Source: a virus
Length of the DNA: 64,000 bases
Direction: 5' to 3' (one strand)
IMG/VR virus record: IMGVR_UViG_3300020048_000054
Span: 1-64,000 of that record
The notes beneath the pieces are model-generated. The model saw only the letters and a program-made list of their open reading frames with translations, was not told the DNA's origin and ran no database searches. The position numbers and the translations under genes are program-made. This document shows positions 58,672 to 64,000 of the stretch, piece after piece; within the stretch, counting starts at the first letter, position 1, and every line of letters starts with the position of its first letter.

Positions 58672-60434
58672 TATATGGATATTGGTTTTGTTGTGGTAAT
58701 ATCGAGACTTAGATAAATTTCATCTTTTGCTTCTATTTTCCCAGGATTAAGTGGATTTACGTTTAAAGTAAATACTTCTGATGTTATATTTGGAATTAAT
58801 GTAACTACACCTGTCTTATAATTTATATCTCCAACAATAGCATCTAAATCTAAATATTCTCCATCAGAATTTATTGTGTATAATTTTAGTTTACCAATTA
58901 GTGGTGGATTCGCTGCTCCCGGAAATTTAATTGGTTTATCTCGAATACTAACTAAACCTTGTGTGTAATATGGGCTAGTAAATTCAGAAGAAAATAATCC
59001 AGTACCATTAGAATTTGTAGTGGGTCCTTGTGTAATTCTATTTTTTAAATTTATAGTAGATATAACGGTAGATGGAGCTACCAATACAACTAACTTTAAG
59101 TCATTCTCGATATCTGTATTCAAACTGTATCCAGGAAATGACTCAACCACTGTCTTTATTGCCGAAGTTGTTAAAGAATTATTATATCCACCGGTTGAAT
59201 ATGCTTCTTTAAGTTTAGATTTTATCAATTCAACTGTTGTTACTGGATCGGAAACTACAGTGTCTTTATTGAAGTTTACATTTAATTTTAAAGATACAAC
59301 CACCGCTCTTGGTGGAATATATTCTGGCAATACGGTTATAATAGATCTCTCTTTAATTAAAGATATAATATTTTGAATTTCGGTATTATCGTCTGTTCCT
59401 ATTGCTGCAATTGAAAATAATACTCTTCCATACATTGGAGGAGAATTATCTTCACCACCCCAAACATTAACATTGTCGGAATAGCCTAGCTGAGCAAGAA
59501 ATCCATAATAATCAGATTTAGTAACAAGTCTTTGTTGTGCAGAAAATACTAATGGTGCAACACGTTTAGCTTCATCTAAATCTGGAGCATCTAATCCACC
59601 AAATGATGGTTGATTATTTACTATAATACTAGAATCAGGAGTTTGAATCGGAGTAAATATTGATGTTCCATTAGCATTAGAACCATTAGATGAAAGATAT
59701 TCAATATTTACTATATCTCCTCCTATTAAGTTCGCAGTGTTGCTGGAAGTAGTCTGGAATTTGATAACAAAACCAGAAGAAGTTCTTTCTATTGAGTAAA
59801 GATTGGAAGAATCGCTTACAAAAGATCCACCATAAGTATCTAATAATTTCCAATAGACAAAATCAGCATTTTGTCTACTCACAGAAACTCTAAGAGTCTG
59901 TATATCCATATTTAAGTCTGCAATTAGAATTTTTTGATCTGGAAAATCAAAACCATCACCACCATAACTAAGTGACACATATGATCCTTCATACATCGAA
60001 AAATACTCAGTAGTATTAGGGACACCATCAAGTAATGAAATGCTGTCAATATTCCAAAACTGATAATCAACTCCTTCTGGAGTTTTACCACGAACACTCA
60101 CAGAGTATGGTATGGTTAATATATCAGGATCTGTAACATTCTGTAGCTGTATTCTAGTTCTTGCACTAGTCTTAGTTGGAACAACATACCCAAGTGGCTT
60201 TACTAATGAGATGATCGACTTTTCTAGCTGTGCAGAGTCTAAGAAGCATTCACCAGAGATCATATTGGCATAATGTGCATAATATAAAGTATTGTACGCC
60301 AAAAGATCTAAAAGAAAATTGACAGCGGATCCTTCAAAATTAAGATCTCTTACGGTATCTTGTTTCTGCAGATATGTGCGAAGAGATGTTCGTATTTGTT
60401 CAAAGTCGAGTTCTGTTAAATTTATTTGTGCCAT
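58671..60434 (-). CDS. gp6: Baseplate wedge subunit
   Basis: LDFEQI, FEGS...LLDLLAYNT, FLDSA, QQRLVT..DY and WGGEDN.PP.YG. Confidence 0.94.
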   Translation of the reverse strand: MAQINLTELDFEQIRTSLRTYLQKQDTVRDLNFEGSAVNFLLDLLAYNTLYYAHYANMISGECFLDSAQLEKSIISLVKPLGYVVPTKTSARTRIQLQNVTDPDILTIPYSVSVRGKTPEGVDYQFWNIDSISLLDGVPNTTEYFSMYEGSYVSLSYGGDGFDFPDQKILIADLNMDIQTLRVSVSRQNADFVYWKLLDTYGGSFVSDSSNLYSIERTSSGFVIKFQTTSSNTANLIGGDIVNIEYLSSNGSNANGTSIFTPIQTPDSSIIVNNQPSFGGLDAPDLDEAKRVAPLVFSAQQRLVTKSDYYGFLAQLGYSDNVNVWGGEDNSPPMYGRVLFSIAAIGTDDNTEIQNIISLIKERSIITVLPEYIPPRAVVVSLKLNVNFNKDTVVSDPVTTVELIKSKLKEAYSTGGYNNSLTTSAIKTVVESFPGYSLNTDIENDLKLVVLVAPSTVISTINLKNRITQGPTTNSNGTGLFSSEFTSPYYTQGLVSIRDKPIKFPGAANPPLIGKLKLYTINSDGEYLDLDAIVGDINYKTGVVTLIPNITSEVFTLNVNPLNPGKIEAKDEIYLSLDITTTKPISI

Positions 60435-60824
60435 TTATAGATTTACCGCTATTGATACGGTTTGTTCCTGTGCTTTTGTTGGTGAATTGTTCAAAATAAA
60501 TCTTATATTCACTCTGGCATCAGTATTTATCTCATTTAGAACTGGGTATTCTATTTCAACGTCTCTTATAGTTATTCTGGGTTCTAGAGTGCGTAATTTT
60601 TCTGCTACGTCACTCTGTAAAAACGACAAAGAAGCCGAAGATGGTTGATCAAACAATAAGTCCAATATACCAGTTCCAAAATAATAATTAAACGGTCTTT
60701 CACCCAATCTAGTCAGTATTATATTTTTAATTGACTGAATAATAGCTGCATTTCCGGTGGCGAGGGTTATGTCCCCCGTGTCTGTATTTTTAGTAAAGAA
60801 TATATTGAGATCTCTGTTTTTCAT
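60435..60824 (-). CDS. gp25: Baseplate wedge subunit (gpW/gp25 family)
   Basis: AI.QSIKNIILT..GERPF...FG and EPRI. Confidence 0.93.
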   Translation of the reverse strand: MKNRDLNIFFTKNTDTGDITLATGNAAIIQSIKNIILTRLGERPFNYYFGTGILDLLFDQPSSASLSFLQSDVAEKLRTLEPRITIRDVEIEYPVLNEINTDARVNIRFILNNSPTKAQEQTVSIAVNL

Positions 60825-61540
60825 TGTTTGAATTTTCCGAATCGTCTATTATCTTCACTACGCGCCCGTTCTTGTGCGACTATTTGAGCAAGCGATGAAA
60901 CTCCACCATCATCCTTAGATGTATTTAGTTGTAATTCTTTGGATCTTATATCGGGGTTTGAAGATTCAGAGTCTCTAATTAATGTTATTGTCATTCGATG
61001 TCTAAGCATTCCCATATTATGATTAATTGCAGAAACCAACCAATAACCAGAATACCTCTTGCCTGGTACATTTATTCTAATTTTATTACCGGGTCGTAAA
61101 GTAAGATCGCCATTGACAGTTATCATAATTTTATTTGAAAGAATTTGCATCATTTGAGCATTTCGAAGAAGTGGTCTTTCTGGTGGTGTTTCCCAGAAAG
61201 AACAATATGTTTGAGAATACTTTAAGTAATTCAAGAAATTTTCACCCAAACAAGGACAGCTACAGTTTAAATTACTCTTTGGTTCTGCCCAAACACATCC
61301 TAACCAATCTTCTCCTAGAACTTTTTCAATAAGATCACATTCCTTAATATCTTTTTCTAGTTGAATTAATTCTTCATTTGTCGGTTCTGGTCCGGTAATC
61401 CCAACCAGCAGCTTATCCGGTCTAAGTTCCGGGCATGGGCAATTACATAGTGGGTTGGATGGAGGACATGATGAGTTATCCGGAGGAAATGGATTTGCAC
61501 AAGGATAATTAGAACTAAAACTCGTCCAACTATTCCATAT
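60821..61540 (-). CDS. C-terminal part of a gp27-like baseplate hub protein; frame is open from 61540 with no obvious start
   Basis: ITVNGD.TLRPG..I.I....YSGYWLV..I.H....L.RDS; the frame extends 97 codons above the track start as a Cys-rich segment. Confidence 0.65.
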   Translation of the reverse strand: MWNSWTSFSSNYPCANPFPPDNSSCPPSNPLCNCPCPELRPDKLLVGITGPEPTNEELIQLEKDIKECDLIEKVLGEDWLGCVWAEPKSNLNCSCPCLGENFLNYLKYSQTYCSFWETPPERPLLRNAQMMQILSNKIMITVNGDLTLRPGNKIRINVPGKRYSGYWLVSAINHNMGMLRHRMTITLIRDSESSNPDIRSKELQLNTSKDDGGVSSLAQIVAQERARSEDNRRFGKFKQ

Positions 61541-64000
61541 TCAGTTTCTCCCGAAATATCATTTTTCCATACGGCTTTCTGTATTTCTGTTGATAGTAAT
61601 GCAGTTGGTACTGCTGGATGTTTCCAGGCAGATACTCCATAATAATAGCCAAAGAATGTAGTTTCATCTTCTGGTTTAATTCTAGCATTTCTATTCCGTA
61701 AATCTACCTCAAAGAATGCTCCCCATGAACCTGTTCTTTCAGCTCCAGGATCATACGACGCATAAGACTTAAAATATTCGGTGTCGATAGGAAGTGCCTG
61801 CACACCTACTGTTTGCACATACATAAAGACATTTCCGGGAATTAATAAATCGTAAATATCATTTCTTACTGTAGCATCAATAGAAGAACTAGATCCATCT
61901 CCGTAATAACCTGTGCTACTACTTGTAGAACTATATGGATTAGTTATCCAAGTTCCTTCGTACGATCCTCCTACGAAAGATGACTGACCAACTGCTCCAT
62001 ATGGTCTTACATTATTAAATTCAAAATATGAATTGGGTAATGCTAGTGGATTTATTCTAGTAGCTCTTTTTATTAAATCGTGATAAAATATTTCATTTAA
62101 AGTTCCAGGATTAAAAATTCTTTCGGAAAGATTAGGAGTGTATGTTCTTACATTTCCAACATTATCTTTTACTATTAAAGTTTGATCAGAATTCGCAATA
62201 GAAGTTTGGCTTAGATAAAATGTATTGTTGAGCGAAGTTCCCGTATTGATAGCTCCCAATACTCCATAATTAGATACTATATTATTGAAAATTACACCGT
62301 TTCGAACAGTGTTGGAAATTCTGGCATTTTCACCATACGATATTGGAGAATCTAATACTTGCTTTTGATCGTTTATATCGTTTGTTGAAGTAGAAGTCGC
62401 GTTTCTATCATAGGTGTTGATTCCTTTTAAATATCCAGCAGTAACCGTGTGATAATCTGTACTGTTTACTAGTGCTTTATTTTCTGGTTTTAGACTTTGT
62501 TTCTTTTTACGGATTCGTTTAACAGCAACGTCAAATCCATATGGATCTTGTCCTAGTACTGAGATATTATAATCTGCAGACTTTGCTCCGAATGGACCTG
62601 TAGTTAACATTACATGATATGGCAAATAGTATTCAGATCCCGGAGTATCATAGAATCCCTTTGGGAAATCGTATAAAGTATTTGCACCAATTGGTTGAAT
62701 AAACTCAATTCGAACAAAACTTTCAAGCTCTTCTAATACGTTCTCTATTGGACGTTTTGCTTCGTCACCTGCATCTGGTTCTTGAATGTTTGTAAAATTT
62801 CTAGAATTCAAATACTCAATCGGATTGAAATCAGGAATTCTCTCTAATCCGAATGGCTGAACAACACAAATACCAGTTGGTAATTGAGTACTATTTTTAT
62901 TGTCGCTGTATATCTCTGCAATATCACAAGTTATTGTGATGGTTGTTATATCTTCTCGATTATTACAATTTAAAGGATCTAAAGGTGGAGAAATTAAAGT
63001 TACAACTACTGTATTATTACCAATGTATTCAACATTGGTGCTAGAATATCTGTCTGATGTTAAATTGATACCAGAAACTTCATTAACTAATATATTTTTT
63101 ATTAATTTATTTTGTTCTAAATTTTCTACTAAAATATCTTTTTGTGTGAAATTTTTATTCTCTTCTATTGTTGTAATTTGTCTTCGAGGTTCACATGTAA
63201 AACTGGGGGGGATGTCAACGCCATCGGTGCCGAATTCGTCAACTCCGCCATCATTGCCGGGGCCGTTACCATCGATACCTGGATCATAAACTGCTATGTG
63301 TTGCAACGTATTTGTTACTCTTTTTACCTTTGCTTGGAATGCTATAAAGTATTCAAACACTCCTGTTGGATTTCCTGCTGCACCTGAGTCTGGCCCACCA
63401 GCTGGATCAAATGAAGAGAAGAAAGCATTGGCTCCAGCTCCTAAATCAAAATTATATCCAGAATCATAATATGGATGTTTAATTTTAGGATTTATAGATT
63501 TATCATTATCATAAAATATATCATAAGGGTAATACGAAGTCACACCAGCAGAAAACCCCTTAAAATTAGCAGTGACACCTGATAATCCCAAATTAGCAGT
63601 GGCACCTGATAATCCATATAGTAATTGTTTAAGAACTTCTTTGTGTGCTAATTTTTCATACTTACTACCACGAATAGGAATACGAGTAATGCTTTTAACA
63701 TTAAACAGATTCAATGGAGCAGAATTTGCAGTAAACCCTACTTCTTTAGAAACAAAGAATGCTTTTCTTTTTGTGTATTCTTCATATACAGTTGCAAACC
63801 TTGTTTTTTCTATCTCTATTATGTTTCTCATATTATTAAAATATGGAGAAGCTAATAGTTCCTTACGGTTAGTAATTGGATCTGTGTATGTACTTTTTAT
63901 AAAAGTTTGTTTGTCTTCATTCGTGCAAAAACAATTGGCTACAAATCCTGTACCACCCCCGGAAGATTCACCACAATAGTAATCAGATAGTGGAAGGCCA
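61366..64000 (-). CDS. Large structural protein, 5'-truncated; probably the upstream part of the same hub gene, frameshifted near 61530
   Basis: Frame is open to the window end; the last ~50 codons read as off-frame sequence. Confidence 0.6.
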   Translation of the reverse strand, partial: GLPLSDYYCGESSGGGTGFVANCFCTNEDKQTFIKSTYTDPITNRKELLASPYFNNMRNIIEIEKTRFATVYEEYTKRKAFFVSKEVGFTANSAPLNLFNVKSITRIPIRGSKYEKLAHKEVLKQLLYGLSGATANLGLSGVTANFKGFSAGVTSYYPYDIFYDNDKSINPKIKHPYYDSGYNFDLGAGANAFFSSFDPAGGPDSGAAGNPTGVFEYFIAFQAKVKRVTNTLQHIAVYDPGIDGNGPGNDGGVDEFGTDGVDIPPSFTCEPRRQITTIEENKNFTQKDILVENLEQNKLIKNILVNEVSGINLTSDRYSSTNVEYIGNNTVVVTLISPPLDPLNCNNREDITTITITCDIAEIYSDNKNSTQLPTGICVVQPFGLERIPDFNPIEYLNSRNFTNIQEPDAGDEAKRPIENVLEELESFVRIEFIQPIGANTLYDFPKGFYDTPGSEYYLPYHVMLTTGPFGAKSADYNISVLGQDPYGFDVAVKRIRKKKQSLKPENKALVNSTDYHTVTAGYLKGINTYDRNATSTSTNDINDQKQVLDSPISYGENARISNTVRNGVIFNNIVSNYGVLGAINTGTSLNNTFYLSQTSIANSDQTLIVKDNVGNVRTYTPNLSERIFNPGTLNEIFYHDLIKRATRINPLALPNSYFEFNNVRPYGAVGQSSFVGGSYEGTWITNPYSSTSSSTGYYGDGSSSSIDATVRNDIYDLLIPGNVFMYVQTVGVQALPIDTEYFKSYASYDPGAERTGSWGAFFEVDLRNRNARIKPEDETTFFGYYYGVSAWKHPAVPTALLSTEIQKAVWKNDISGETEYGIVGRVLVLIILVQIHFLRITHHVLHPTHYVIAHARNLDRISCWLGLPDQNRQMKN
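63563..63616. repeat. 27-bp tandem duplication
   Basis: aaattagcagtgacacctgataatccc / aaattagcagtggcacctgataatcca (25 of 27 identical). Confidence 0.85.

Noticed and set aside
60923-60929. CTAAATA inside the hub gene as a late promoter for gp25
   Set aside because: Plausible, but intragenic and about 100 nt from the start; such heptamers arise by chance in AT-rich DNA
1138-63979. Plus-strand ORFs and short alternate-frame minus ORFs in the track
   Set aside because: They lie antisense to or inside well-supported genes, have no recognisable motifs, and are the expected shadows of biased codon usage
1-64000. tRNA, rRNA, CRISPR array, introns, inteins or homing endonucleases
   Set aside because: Intergenic gaps are under about 140 nt with no cloverleaf or spaced direct repeats seen by eye; gp17, gp20, gp23, gp44, gp46 and UvsW are of ordinary length
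1-64000. Stop-codon reassignment
   Set aside because: Core genes are intact in code 11 and TAA, TGA and TAG all occur as real stops; the single break (near 61530) is a frame change, not an in-frame stop

Overview
A 64-kb segment of a large T4-like myophage genome. Gene order resembles marine/freshwater T4-like phages more than enterobacterial T4. Every credible gene is on the minus strand. In transcription order (64000 to 1): a very large, frameshifted gp27-like baseplate hub protein; gp25, gp6, gp7, gp8; eight baseplate/fibre ORFs, four of them unusually Cys-rich (GxCC repeats, RCC1-like repeats, DUF1566-like tips); gp13-gp23 neck, packaging, tail and head genes; gp3, uvsY, uvsW, gp55, gp47, gp46; an insert with a PLP enzyme, a DNA methyltransferase and RNase H; gp45, gp44, gp62, regA; and an AT-rich cluster of about nine glycosyltransferase-like genes plus a FkbM methyltransferase and a HAD phosphatase running off the window edge. 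Main hypotheses: (1) a virion O-glycosylation system, with a G-x-[T/S]-small motif scattered through structural but not replication proteins; (2) a Cys-rich fibre/baseplate apparatus; (3) an ATT start codon for RNase H; (4) late promoters embedded in RBS-occluding hairpins, plus leaderless transcripts; (5) a PLP enzyme + methyltransferase DNA-modification pair. All family assignments come from motif recognition and synteny; no database searches were run.
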